Below are positions 26,401-39,366 of a DNA stretch of 64,000 nt, in pieces. Location: positions 146,816,001-146,880,000 of the forward strand of contig JBITNC010000001.1 in assembly GCA_050084985.1 (NCBI GenBank), given 5' to 3'. The DNA is from Nageia nagi. Taxonomy: Eukaryota; Plantae; Pinophyta. The stretch's first letter is position 1; each line of letters begins with the position of its first letter. The notes under the pieces were generated by a model. That model ran no database searches. It was given only the letters and a program-made list of their open reading frames with translations, and was not told the DNA's origin. Position numbers and translations under genes: made by a program.

Positions 26401-26960
26401 GCACTCATGTGATTTAGAGAGTAGAAAAAAAGCTTTCTTACTAGATTTCCAAGAAGCTTTTGTTGGCAAGGAAATTTCAAATTTGTTCTAAAATCCATTC
26501 CTCCACTCATGTTTATTATTCATCAAGTTCAATCCCCTCCTAAGCCTGCTACAAGAAACTGGAAAAGCTTCTCAAAGATTTTTTATGGGCTAATAACAAA
26601 GAAAAAATAGCTTTCATCAAGTTGCATGGGAATTATGTTGTCTCCCTAAGCAATTTGGATACATGGGCATTTTTTTATTATTATAGGCAAGTCTATACAT
26701 TGAGTACCAACTAGATTATCAGAGACTTTGAAGGTTCTGAAGCTTGAAAAATTCTTATCATAAATGACATTTCTCAGGGTCTCCCCTTTGGCAAGAAAGC
26801 TTAGAAAAATTTGGATTTTCCATCTATTATTGTATCCCCTATCCCAATAAAACTCAATGGCTCTTTTGTTGTCAAAAGTATATGGAAAGCCTGGGAGGCT
26901 GTTAAGCCATGGCTTACTTGAAAAGGAGGTGGCAAACGCAACGACACTCTTCTTGCCCAA
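23455..26960 (+). pseudogene. LINE ORF2 remnant (AP endonuclease plus reverse transcriptase)
   Basis: S*NVRRL, LQEVK, INVYA, CGDF, LDR (EN); KAPRLDGF.YEFYK, SWRPIT*LNVSYKIIAKALA.RL, IDFEKSYDKIEW, IRQGFPLAPSLY, FAYDS, KFLGIP (RT). Confidence 0.9.
24563..25112. mobile_element. 550-bp non-autonomous TIR element (MITE-like) inserted in LINE ORF2
   Basis: ~80-bp imperfect TIRs (TGATCC/TGATCT..AAATGGATTT.AGAGTCTTAAAAAAAG...TTTTTCAAGTTTATAATTTT); CTTTA flanks both ends; removing the element and one CTTTA restores the ORF2 frame (RKVKLYGVKGAQIQA). Confidence 0.88.
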
Positions 26961-26968
26961 GTTAATAT

Positions 26969-27449
26969 TGAAGGAACTAAGACTATAAGACTAATTTCTA
27001 ATTACCCAATATCACTTGAAATATCACTTAAACATCAACATAATAGCATTCACACAAGATGAAACCAATGTAAAGTGGTTTCTCCAACCAAGGGAGTGCA
27101 TCCACTAATCTAAGATCTTATTTCTCAAAGAGCACTCTCTTACAAATCAATTTCTCACTTCTCCTATAACCTACATAAGAGCATAACTTTGCTCCAAACT
27201 TAAGTAAGTAACCTTAAGAAGAGGGCTTTCTATTTATAGGCCAAAATTTTTCCTTGGATCACCCTATTAACTATTATATAATGTTCTGACATGTATCACC
27301 CTTTTACCAAGGGGCATGTTCATGATATGGAGTGTATGACAAGTTATATTATCATATTCATAAATACTTAAAAGGTATCTAGAAATACTTTTAAGTATTA
27401 GTGAATTTACATTAATAAATCTTACAATAATGCATTATACATTCCAACA
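26969..27449 (-). repeat. 3' LTR of the copia element
   Basis: Minus strand TGTTGGAATG...CCTTCA; homologous to 47253-47510 and 17986-18549. Confidence 0.88.
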
Positions 27450-28249
27450 CTCCTCCTTAATGCAATATTGGGGTAGAGCGAAGGAGAGAAGTAAGAGAGA
27501 GTAAGATAGAGTTCTCCCCCATAGAGATACAATTAGATATGAGAACATTTATATCTTAGAGAAATAATCAAGATCTTATATTAAGACTCACTACTTTATC
27601 ATTTGATAAAATGGTTTATAATACTATCATTAAATGTAATTAGTTTCAATAGATAAATTAGTTATTTAACATCAAGTTGACATGATGAGCCTCTATTTGC
27701 CTACCACTCAAAGTAGGTAACTTGCACTGTTAATAAGAAATCCTACAAGTTACAAGCAACTCATAAACAAGATTGATTAAATGCATCATATAAATATTTA
27801 TATCAACATAAGATAAATGATTCAATTAATATCATAAATAAATTAATAAATGGTGCACTATAAGTCATCACAAAGATGCCAAGATAATATTCATAGTTAC
27901 TTGTTGTATACAAAATATGTGTTGATTATTATCACTAATACATCAGCATAACAAAATGCATATAAGAGTTCCACACATATGGATAACTTAATAGTGCAAA
28001 AACAAAAGATCCATCATGCGCATATATGAGTTTCTCTCACATAAATATCTAAATAGTGCTAACAATGGTCAATCATATTCTCAAGGTGTGCAAATAGTTC
28101 ATTACTCAAGGAGAACTATCCAAAAGGTACACACATATATCAACACTATATAGCCAAAAATCATTTTAGGGGTGAAGTTATCATCACAAACATGAATTCA
28201 ACATAAGAATTCAAACTTTACATTCCCTTGAGGGAAACTTCACCAACCT

Positions 28250-28972
28250 AATAGAATCCTTGAGCTTGTGAAACTATGCTTCAAGAAGGGGTGTTATCAA
28301 TAAATAAGCGAAGTTCAAGGTAGATGGACAATACTACAAGTGTATGACATCATCCAAAACCTTCTCCCTAATGAAGTGTGCTTGGAACTCAACATGTTTT
28401 TTTTTTTTCTGATGAAAAATAGGATTCTTATCTAAAGAAATGTTTAACTAATTATCTGAATAAATCTGATAGGAGTGAGCTTGCTCAAATCCAATTTCTT
28501 TCAGAAGATGCCTAAGCTAAATAGCTTCTTGGGCCGAAATAGACATGGCTCGATATTTCGCTTTAATGGTGGAAAGAGAAATAGTAGGTTGCTTCCTAGA
28601 ATCCCAAGAGATAGTACCTAAATTAATTTTAAATACATATGCAAAGGTTAATTTTCTATCATCTCAATCTTTCCCATAGTCAAAATCTAAGTACCTTGAG
28701 AGAACAAATGAGGGAAACTTAGAATACATGAGAGGAAGATCCTTCATTCTTGCAACATACCTCAAGATTTTTTTAACAACACTAAGGTGCTCATTATATA
28801 GTTTCTTCATAAATCGTACCATAAGATTTACTACAAAGGCAATATCTAGCCTAGAGATAGTCAAATAAAGAATATTGCCAATTAATTGCCTATAAGATAT
28901 TGTATAAACCAACTGAGAGTTAAAGCTAAGGGATAGAGTGATTTCAAAAGAGACTAAGATCATAGTAGGTTT
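28250..28972 (-). pseudogene. Copia RT C-terminus and RNase H remnant
   Basis: YRQLIGNILYLTISRLDIAFVV...HLSVVKKILRYV; SWDSRKQPTISLSTIKAKY; KHVEFQAHFIREKV. Confidence 0.88.
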
Positions 28973-29864
28973 TGTTATAGTGAAAATAGAGCTGAAATGT
29001 AGAATAACATAAAATACAATTATTCTTAGATTTTCACTGAACTTCAAATTATGTAAAATAGGTAGAAAAGTTGTAATTGTAAATTGATATTGATTTCAGC
29101 TCAAAATACAATTTGCCCTTGGAAGGGACTTTTACAAATGCCATTTGCCAAAATGAGAGTATTAGATCTTCATTGTTTTGATTTGCTTGCTTCTCTCCTT
29201 GATATGGACAACCTGTAAATCCTACACACATGCAAAAGATAATAACATCAAAGTATCTATGTATGACATGTATTAAATTGAAGTTAGCATAAAATAATAA
29301 AAGGTATGAGCTCACAAGATTTTGGCAGCGTTACCCTACTTCAAAAATGGGTCCAAATCCCTTCTTTCTATTGCTTTGTATTGGCTTGTATTTATAGATT
29401 TTGGGTGAGATGTTCCAAGGCTAGTAAGGGGAAGTGAAAAGCCACCGTAGGTCGTAACTGACCCCCTCTATCCACATCATCTTGGAAGAATGAAATATTT
29501 CAACTTTCTCTCACTATTTTGGTTTCTTGTTCGGCTATTACAGAGTCATTGGCGATTGCTATACGGACGTCGGTGATCATCCTAAAACGTCAATGTTTGT
29601 TTTGGGTCGTCGGCGACTGGTTTTCAATTTTTATAACAATATTAAAATGACCGCCAAATAGTCAATTTTTACCAAAAAGGGGTCATGTGACCACTCGTTT
29701 TGCATGTACTCGATGAAAGCTATCCAATAATAGAGTTTTAAAGCTTGTTTGAGGCTTGTATAAAGATTTATGATTAGTTTAGTATGATATATGTTAAAAA
29801 GATACTTATTTTATTTATTTATATGTTGTTAAACTAGATGTAGGGTTTATTTTGAGTGTCTACA
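28973..29864 (-). repeat. 3' LTR of element B
   Basis: Near-identical to 40665-41556; preceded on the minus strand by PPT AAAAAGGGGCAAAA (29865-29878). Confidence 0.93.
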
Positions 29865-30499
29865 TTTTGCCCCTTTTTGAATTATCAACCAAAGATGAGG
29901 TTGATAGTTTCAAAAAATGTAGAATGAGAAGCTTTATTGCTTGATTGTTTGTTGTTGCTTTTTTATGATATAAGTTTTGACTCAATTTCTTAGATGAATC
30001 AAAATTTTGATTTATCAAATTATGATAAAACGTGTTTTCCTTTAACATTTGATGTAGTTTTGAAAATAGATTTGAATATACATCAGAAGTGACTATTTTT
30101 GGTATGATGATGTGTTGAGCTTGTGTGACAGTTGCATGACATTTCCATTATGTCATTTTGCATGTCTAAGCGCACATGTACCATATAAGTTTTCTTTAGT
30201 ATATGAGTTTTGATGGTGTTGTCCTTTATCCCGACAATAGGGTTTCAAGATGATGTCCTGTAACAAGGATATATCACATTTTATCTCCTTTGATATTTGT
30301 AAATGTTAACGATATTTTGAGAAATATTATCAAAATCTTTTTTCGTATAAATCTTAATATCTTTTAGTAGGATATAATTATAGCTTCTCTGAATCAAAAC
30401 TTATTTTATATATATATATATATATTTCATCATCTGGTGTTGTCATGAGGATAGTCCTTGCCATGATTGAATATGATTTTTTAACTTTTACAATTGATA

Positions 30500-30795
30500 C
30501 ATTTTGAAAATGATATTGTAATACATCAAAACTACACTTGTGTCAATCTCCATACTGTGTGCTGTTTATGGTAGTTGCATGACAAGACTCTAGTTTGTCT
30601 CTACATACCAAAGCGAGTATGTGATGGTAAGCTTATTTGATGTATACAATTTTGAGATAGTGATGTTGTATATCAAAACTTCACTTGTGTTTATCTCCAT
30701 ACTGTGTGTGTTTATGGCAGTTGTGTGACAAGACTCTAGTTTGTCTCCGCATGCCAAAGCGAGTATGTGATAGGAAGCTTGTTTTGTATATACAA
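30500..30795. repeat. ~148-bp tandem duplication in the 3' region of element B
   Basis: Two copies of ATCAAAACT.CACTTGTGT..ATCTCCATACTGTGTG...GACAAGACTCTAGTTTGTCTC...CCAAAGCGAGTATGTGAT; a weaker relative lies at ~30060-30260. Confidence 0.85.
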
Positions 30796-32809
30796 GTCAT
30801 CTTTCATTTTTCTCTGCTTTTGACCCAGCAGAATGGGTTTCGTGATGATCTTTTGCATAAGTCTTTTAGAATCATATTGAGCATAAATATCTTATTTTAG
30901 GTTATAAGTAATTTTATTTACCTTAACCATGAGTAGACATATAACTTTTGATTTTGTAATTAACAATGTTTTGGGTACATTTTAAGAGAGATGTAGCCCT
31001 AGTCTTACTATGTGATCGTAGGCTTACTTTGATTATGGTGCTGATCTTAGCATTATGGCCCCTTTGGAACTGACTAATGATGTCAGTGACGATGATGATA
31101 GACTGTTCAAAAAACTAATGCATATTAGCTAGTGAACAAGTAAGATGAATGTACGAGTGATTCTAACCTTATTGTTTCAATCATTTATAGGTGAATATAA
31201 GGTTTGATTTTAGGTCATGGAAAATTGTATTTACCCCAATTATCCAAGTATGATTTCTTGAGCTTTGTAATTGAAGTATTTTGAACACACATTGGTTGTA
31301 CACCAAATAGGTACTAAAGGCTTGTTCCCATATATCATTACATGGGTGTCTTGTGTTTATCCAAGGGAATGTATGGAGCCGAGTCAGGTATATGACATGA
31401 AGTCCCCTTTATGTGCATTGATTTGAATTTTGATTATTATATTTTACTCTAGAAAGGTAGGTTTTGCAAAAATCATTAGAATCATGCTTTTTGATGACTA
31501 GGGTTTCTTGAATACATATAACAATAAGTGATGACTAAACATGCATAACATGACATATGATTTGAACTAGGAAGTTTGTGATTCATTGTAAGATCATAAA
31601 CAATAAATGGTGTTTGTCCTATCAAGGATTCATGATGAAATTATTTATGATCGAGTTTGCATGTTTATTTGGTTATCTTCTTCATGTTTTGACTTATTCC
31701 CATGAGTACATATATGTGATGTATGAATATGATGAATGGTTGACACTTGTGTGTAATCACATACAATTTTTTTATAAACCTAAATGCATATGTGATGCAT
31801 GATTTTCGTCTTGCATTGTTGTCATGAATGCATTTAGTATAGAATGGATTGCTCAGTGCCCCACTCATATTTTTGTAAATGTTGTAACATAGTGATAATG
31901 ATGAAGTGTTTTATTATTGTAGATGCTTGGTGGTTCTTTCATGATTAGCTCCATTTTACCTAGTTGTAGGACCTTGAGTTTATCAACTTATGTACGAATA
32001 TTTTAAATCTTGATTTTGTTGGTTGATGGTAGAGACAAATGATTTGCTTTAGGTCATGAACAATCATAGTTGCCCCAAATTATGATCAAACATAAACTTT
32101 TTCAATTTTTGCAATCAAAGTATTTTGAAAATAAGTTCTACATTTTACTAAGTACTCATGCTTGTCTACAAAATGTTATTTAATGGAACACTTTATTCTA
32201 TAGGCTCTATGCACTTAGCATGTATGTGACGTGGAGTCCTTTCAAAGTAGATAACATTTTAATGTTTGATAATTCTGCTATTTGCCTTAGCATAATGGGT
32301 TTCATTATCATTTCTTGCAAAAATCATTAGAAACATGTTTTTCCATGATTGAGGTTTTTTGTTGAACAAGACTTGAAAACAAGACAAATGCATTCTACCT
32401 CATTTATCGAGATGGTGATACAAAATCAAGTTTTCTACAAAGATTGACCTAATGATAGATGATATATATTATGTATTTTGTTATTCATTCTTAAGAAATT
32501 TAAAAGCATGATTTTAAACTTTAATCATGAACGTACTTTGATGTGCTACACATTGATGGTGTATCTCTAAGTTCGAATAAGTACTTCGATTATTGTTATT
32601 AGTTTTATTGTTATTTCAATCATCGATGTTGATTTTGATTTTATTAAATATTTTCAAATTTATGGACAATGATTTGAAAAATTACAGTATTAGATTGTAT
32701 CATTTACCAAATTTGGTTACTAATACCTTTTATTTTATGATAACATATACAAAGGATATGTAATAAGATGTAAGACACATTCAATTTATGGGTAGATGAT
32801 AATGAATGG

Positions 32810-33190
32810 AAAGGGAAGAAGAACATCAACTTCCAATTCAAAGGGAAGAGCAATTTCTTACTCTCGATCCCAAGGAATGATGGAAGTCTTTTAACGATGT
32901 TCTAGGGGGTTGAAATGGATGGGATATGATAGGAAAGAAACATTGAATTCCAATTCAATGGGGAGAATAATTTCTTATTCTCGATCTCAAAGAATAATGG
33001 AAGCTATAAAATTTAACAATATTCTAGGGTTGACTTTTATCAATCTACTAAGGGCAATTTCTTGCTTAAACTTGTAGATAAGAATAAAAGCAAAAGGTTT
33101 TAACAACAACAATGTTGACTCCCATATTAATGGGGAGAGCAAATACTCGCTCTTTTTCTCCAATAATATGGAAGCACCTCCAATTTAATA
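32810..33190. repeat. Three diverged repeats in the 3' region of element B
   Basis: Recurring AACAT..A.TTCCAATTCAA.GGG.AGA..AATTTCTTA.TCTCGATC.CAA.GAAT.ATGGAAG at ~32822, ~32939 and (weaker) ~33110. Confidence 0.7.
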
Positions 33191-34611
33191 ATTGATAAAG
33201 ATGGATTAGGAAATATATGGATGTTGGATAATAAAATATGAAAGTTGGTATAGTATAACATGTATGGGGGGATAGTGGATGTTAATATGAAAATAGTATA
33301 ACAAATGAATGGACATAGGATGTATTGAGTATTTAGAGAGATAGACTAATCAACTCATCAAGGCATTGATAAATATAAGTGTAATATTAATTACTATGTA
33401 ATAATAAATAGTATGGGATGGAGGCATGGGATGATGAAGAAATGTAATGATCATAATATTCAAGTTGACCATATTAACCAATCACCATTAGATTTTTCCT
33501 TCTTTAGATGATATAAAACAAAGTCATGATGTTCTCAAAATTATCATAGACTCATGTGTGTGCAATGATATTTATTTCCATCTCTAGAGAGTCTCAAACT
33601 AAATGTCACAAGAGCATAAAATATATAAGCTAGTTCATCCATATGAAACGTATAGAGGTCCATAGGAAAGAAGGTTGCTAACCAATATGGACATGTCACC
33701 ACTCGTAAGGTATGCCCCATTGCCAGACAGGCATCCATAGCCCCGATGAGGATTAACCCCTCGATCCTACTACAACCTTGCTCTACTGCCAGTCAGACGT
33801 CCATAGCCCCGGTAGAGGATATTGTAATCACCCAAGAATCATTGATATAATGTAGTAATTTTTTTTTTAACTATAAAATGATTCTTGGGTTCGAGATGAA
33901 GTGAATAATAGGATGAACATGTAATACTTTCACTCGAAATCATGTTCTTGTAACACCTCATTCTTGACTGTTTTAAGATTATTTAAATGTGAAAATGTGT
34001 ATGAGTCCTAATAACCTTAAGTGTATCATAGTCATGTTTGTTTATCATCCAAAGTTTCAAGAATTTCATGATGAAAGTGGGTAAAGTCAATAAGAATATT
34101 AATTTCATAAACTATTTCTTTTACAATAAGTATTAATCATATTTGTAAAATGGTATGGAAGTGATCATGGATAATGTATAGTATATATGCCTTGATGAAT
34201 TGTTAGAATATAATCTAATACTCAAATATTTCAACATAATGGGGGATGAATATGAGGTGGAAAAAGAGGAAGACATGGAAATGCAATAAACATATTATAA
34301 CCTGTTTCAAAATCAGATATGATCATTTTAATTTTTAATCATATTTTGATGTTTGTGTGATTTCTAAACCATGTTTTGATGATTTTTTTTTTATATGATG
34401 GAGGGCAATTGCCTGAATGTGATCTATGTAAAACATGAGGAGATCAAAAGTAAGATGGGGGACGACTGCCCCAATGTGAACGATGTGAAGGAGATTGAAT
34501 ATCCTTATGCAAATAACATAATTCATCATTGTTTAATTATGTGAAATGTATGTATGTATTTTGTAGATGATGTAAATTGTTATCTATCAATAAAGGTATA
34601 TCTACTTCAAA

Positions 34612-37600
34612 TCATCTATCATCCATCAAATCGTGAAGGGCATGATTTAATTGTTGGCAATGTTTAGTATTATGCCCCAAGTGATGATGATAAACATGAT
34701 GTCCATACTTATCATATTTTATTGACTTAGGCTTTAGGTTTTCTTTCATTATATGATCTACCAACCTCTTAGGTTGTTCCAAAGATTGCATTCCATCGAT
34801 GTAATCATCTTTGGATTTTAATTTCCATCTCATATCTTTATGATTATGCACTTGCCTAGCAAAGGTGGATGATGATTTCCCCTTTGAATTTTGCATAGAA
34901 GGTTTCGTTTTCGATGATTTTGTAATATTATAATGTGAGTATGGATTTTCATCTCTTCGTACATAATGGAGTACTCCCTCATGAATGTATTTTAGACAAC
35001 CATGAAATGTAGATGGGACACATTCCATTTCTTGAATCCATGGTCTACCTAAAAGAATATTTTATTGTTCGATGTTTCCTTCAATGATATATAATGATGT
35101 TTGTATCGTCTTACATCCAATGGTGATGGGTAACACTATCGACCCTATTGTTGAACATAAGGCATTATTAAATGCTTTTATTTGTAATGATGGCAAAGAA
35201 ATATGAGAGAAAGGAAGATTCAATTTGTGATATGCTGATGTAGATATGATATTGACATCTAACCCTTCGTCTATTAATATCCTCTTAACAATTTTACCAT
35301 TTACTTTACCAATGACATGGAGAGGTGGATCTAACCCTTAAAGTCCCTTGTTTGGTTGTCTCTCATGGTCATAAAAAGAAATTATAGGCTGATGTATCAA
35401 TGGAGGAACTCGCATTTTGGATTTTTGATTATATGATATATCAATTTGTTTTTCTTGTATGTTTTGAGTTCCAATATCACCTCCAACTATTCCTATAATA
35501 GGTTGATTACTTGGATTCCAGGTGGGTGTCACTTGACTATAATTAGGTACAATAGATACTGTATTTACTTGATATGAAGGAAGTGAGTCTTGATAATTTT
35601 TTAAATTTTGATTTGAAATAGAAGTATGGTCTTCAACTTCCAAGTTATTATCTTTGATTGAATTTTGAGTTCTTTTTCTCAATGCTAGACAATTTTTTGT
35701 ACTATGACCTCTTTGACGGTGATAATTACAATACTCATTTTTGTTATATTTTTCTTTTCTTGTAATTTTTATTTCATCATATTTAATCTTGACCTTCTCA
35801 ATTATAACCATGTGAGCAATAACTTCTTCGAGAGTATTATATTGTTGGATTTGTAATATACTAGCTATAGGCCTTAAACAGTTTTGACTGAATAATTTAA
35901 CTAACTCCTCCTGAGGCAAGGTATAGGGCAAGCCATAGAGTATATCCCTCCATTGTGAAACAAAGTCAATAATTGATTCATTCTGAGATTGTTTTAGTTC
36001 TACAAGATCCGTAATAGAAGATTCCTCTTTGATATAAATCCTAAAATGTTGTAAGAACAAGTTTACCAATTGGGAAAATGAATAAATACTATGTCGTGGC
36101 AAATTATTATACCATTCCAAGGCTTGGGTTGCAAGCATCATGGGGAACAAACGTATCATCAAGTCCTCATCGTTATAAATTAGGTAATTTGAAAAATTAA
36201 ATTACCTTAAATGTTCCTTAGGATCCTTATTTCCTGTAAAAGAAATTATCTTAGGTATTTCAAAGTTGTAAGGTAATTTCTTCTTAGGGACACTTGGATG
36301 GATGGGTTCATTGCAAATATTATCATATATCAACTTCTTGAACCTTGATATGCTCATTTCTTTATTCATGAAATCCTTCATGAAATCCTCTAATTTATTA
36401 TCTGTCCAACTACCCTAAAGATGTTTTTGGTATTTTCTATGATTGGTGTTTCTTTCTAACTTCAGGTTTGAATTATAAGATTCATCATCAGAAGGAGATC
36501 TTGATAACAATGATGAATATGGTAATGATGGAAGATTAGAAGGTAAATGATGCCCTTGCATTGGATTTCTAAGAGTTGTAGATGGTTGTACTTTATTTTG
36601 TTGAGACTTTTCATGAAGTAACCAACTATCTCGAACTTCTTGTTTTACCTTATCAAAAATTTGTCGTTGTTTGTCAAGCTCTTGCTTTTCTTTTTCTTTG
36701 AGTTCTATATTCTTTTCTTTAAGTTTGGCTTCCTCTTCTAACTTACTTTTAACATTTTCATATATTTTACTAAAGTTTATAGTTTCTTCACAATCTCTCT
36801 CTATGTGTTTTCTCTTTGCCTCCAACTCCGCAAAAGAGGGTATCTCTCCTACCTTGAATTGTTTAGCTAAAGCTTTTCTACATTTTTCTTGCGATGAGGG
36901 TTTCTCACAGGCATAAGGATCATAGAAGAATTTGTTTGAGATCTTACATTGAGGATTTGTTTGTGAGGTTCTTACTAAATATAAGGTCCTTTTATCAAAA
37001 TCTTCCATACAAGATTTAGCCCTATGAGGTGTTTTTTGATAGGTGGGGTTAGTTATCCTAGCTTGTGAAGAGAAGCTTTGAGGTTGATAATCTAAGCTTT
37101 CAAGAGGCAATTCTCTTTATTGATTAGAGTAAGAGTCTTGATATCTCCATACTTGGTAATTAAGTGGTGATGATAATTGCATCCAAGCTTGACTCTTTTG
37201 GTTTGCATGAGTTTTTACATCATGCTTTTGCCTCATCTCTTCTTGTCTCATTTCTTTGACAAATTCATTGAAGGTTTTGTCATGTTGATCGTGAGAAGAA
37301 CATGCTTGTTATTGTTTGTGTGATTCCCTTTGCAAAATATTCTTAGCTTTTTCATCATAGAAAATATTCCTAAGTAATTTATTTATTATAGGGCTATCTT
37401 TTTTATCACATTCCCAATTTTTTATCAAGCTAGTTTGATATTTTGAAGGTATTTTTAGTGGGTTCGAACAACATTCATCCTCATAAAATTTTGTATCATT
37501 ATCATGATGTGTTGTTTCCCCACATGGATGTTCATTCCTAAGCTCATGTGTGTTAGCTTTGGAAATTTTATTTTTATATTTTTCATTTCTTTGTGATTGA

Positions 37601-38403
37601 AATTCTTGAGATTCAATAATACAATCTATGGATTTTTTAATTCTTATGTGAGGCTCTTCAATTTCTACCTGTGATGAGAGTGAACAAGTTTCATCCTTGA
37701 ACTCAAGAATATCATGAGATTCATGGGAATTAATAGAAAGTCTTGTAGCCTCAAGAAGGGGAGGAGAATGAAATTGCAATTCTAAGGAATGCTTTGAAAG
37801 GTCCTCAAGATTCATGTCAAGCTCCTCTTCTTTAATATCATATTCTTCCCAAAGTGGGGGTGAAGATGTCAAAGTGTCAAGCTTTTGAAGGTCATAAGAT
37901 TTAGTAAAAGATCTTGTGTCATAATCCTTAGCATTGATATTTGCTTCATCCCTCAATATATCAGGGTAATGAGATTTGATATTCTCAAAAGGAGATACAC
38001 AACAAGATTTTAATTTGATGAGATGTTTCGATGAGTTTTCAATATTTATGATGGGCTCATTATTTTTAGTGTCAGACTCATCCCATGATGAGGGTGAAGG
38101 AATGGAAGAACTATACTCTAGCTCTTCATGGGATCTAACAAGGCTTTTTGAGGATTGAAGAAGAGATATGGTACATTGTTCTATCTCTTCTAAGTATGCT
38201 AAAAGCTTTTCAATGTCGATATAAAAATCATTCTTCACGATCTCTAAAGTAGAATAAGTATCTAAGGTTGACTTGGCAAGATGTGACCATAGTCTCTGTA
38301 TTTTTGGTTTTACTTTGATAGAAAAAGGAACATAATTTAAAAGTACAACAAAGACAAACCTCATAATGATAAAATTCAAAGGCCTTTTAATTGTTCTCAA
38401 CAA
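34612..38403 (-). pseudogene. gag: Gag-protease polyprotein of element B with a ~700-aa N-terminal extension; one frame broken only by in-frame stops
   Basis: ORFs 38403-37309, 37110-36415, 36162-35338 and 35028-34612 share one frame and the gaps translate through. Capsid: FEIPKI..FTG..DPKEHL...RLFPMML...ALEWYNNLP. Knuckle: YCNYHRQRGHSTKNC. Protease: KRILIDEGLDVNII...NILLGRPWI. Confidence 0.9.
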
Positions 38404-38564
38404 TTCAAGATTTGTATGGATCTAGAATGACTGACACATGCCTATGTTTCTATTTGTTACAAAGGGGGTTCAAAGTAAAAAACTTAAATAAAATCAACTT
38501 TTAATGTCTTTTAAACATATTCCTTTGTATGACCTATTATATCATTCCATAAATGAAACACATC

Positions 38565-39365
38565 AATTATATATATATATATATATATATATTATCCAGT
38601 TGTATAATAAAATTATCAAATTTGTTTTGGTTTGGTAAGTAAGTTCTAATTGTAATATAGAATATTTCAAATTTTTATACTTTGTATTAATTTTATTTTA
38701 ATATTTTATATTTATGTTATCATTTTAAATTTTTATATTTAATATCTTAATACTCTAATTTAATATTTTAATCCTAATATTTAATGTTATGATTTTTAAT
38801 TCTAGATTAATTTTAATTTTATTTAATTTATATTTAAAAAAAAAATTATTTTATATTTTTAATATTTATACTTTGTATTGAATTTTTATATAATAATCGT
38901 ATGTTTTATTATTTTAAATTTTGTATTTATATTTTATATTTTAACATCTATACTTTATTATATATTTACGTATTTATATTAATTTATTTTATATTTATAT
39001 TTACTATTTATTTTTTATTAATTTATATTTATTATTTGTATTTTAATATTTTAATATTGTCACCAATTCAATTTTAATAATATTAACTTTGCAATTTATT
39101 ATTTTAAATTTATATCTTATTTTATATTTTAATGTTCAATTTTTTTTGAAAATTTTATATTGATGTATATAAACTATATATTGATATTTTTAATATTTTA
39201 ATTTTATACTTATATATTTTAAACTCTTTTTTTTTTTTTTAGAATATAAAAACATTTAACATCTAATGTCTAATCTTTAAAATATTAATTGAAACTCTAA
39301 AATTAAAAATTAATTCCAAATGTTTAAATTGAAATCTAAAATTAAAACTTAAAACTTTTAAATTA
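38565..39365. repeat. Extremely AT-rich low-complexity tract with (TA)n and poly-T
   Basis: (TA)n at ~38568-38592, repeated TTTTATATTT-like units, and a long T run ending at 39240. Confidence 0.85.
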
Positions 39366-39366
39366 A

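Larger units (their letters stand above)
22040..26968 (+). mobile_element. Decayed L1-clade LINE, interrupted by a TIR element and cut at its 3' end by a copia LTR
   Basis: ORF1 and ORF2 remnants in order on the + strand; the 5' boundary is approximate. Confidence 0.88.

Noticed and set aside
36671-36916. Plus-strand S/F/L-rich ORFs here and at 37976-38158 and 61196-61492
   Set aside because: Antisense shadows of E/K-rich minus-strand coding sequence.
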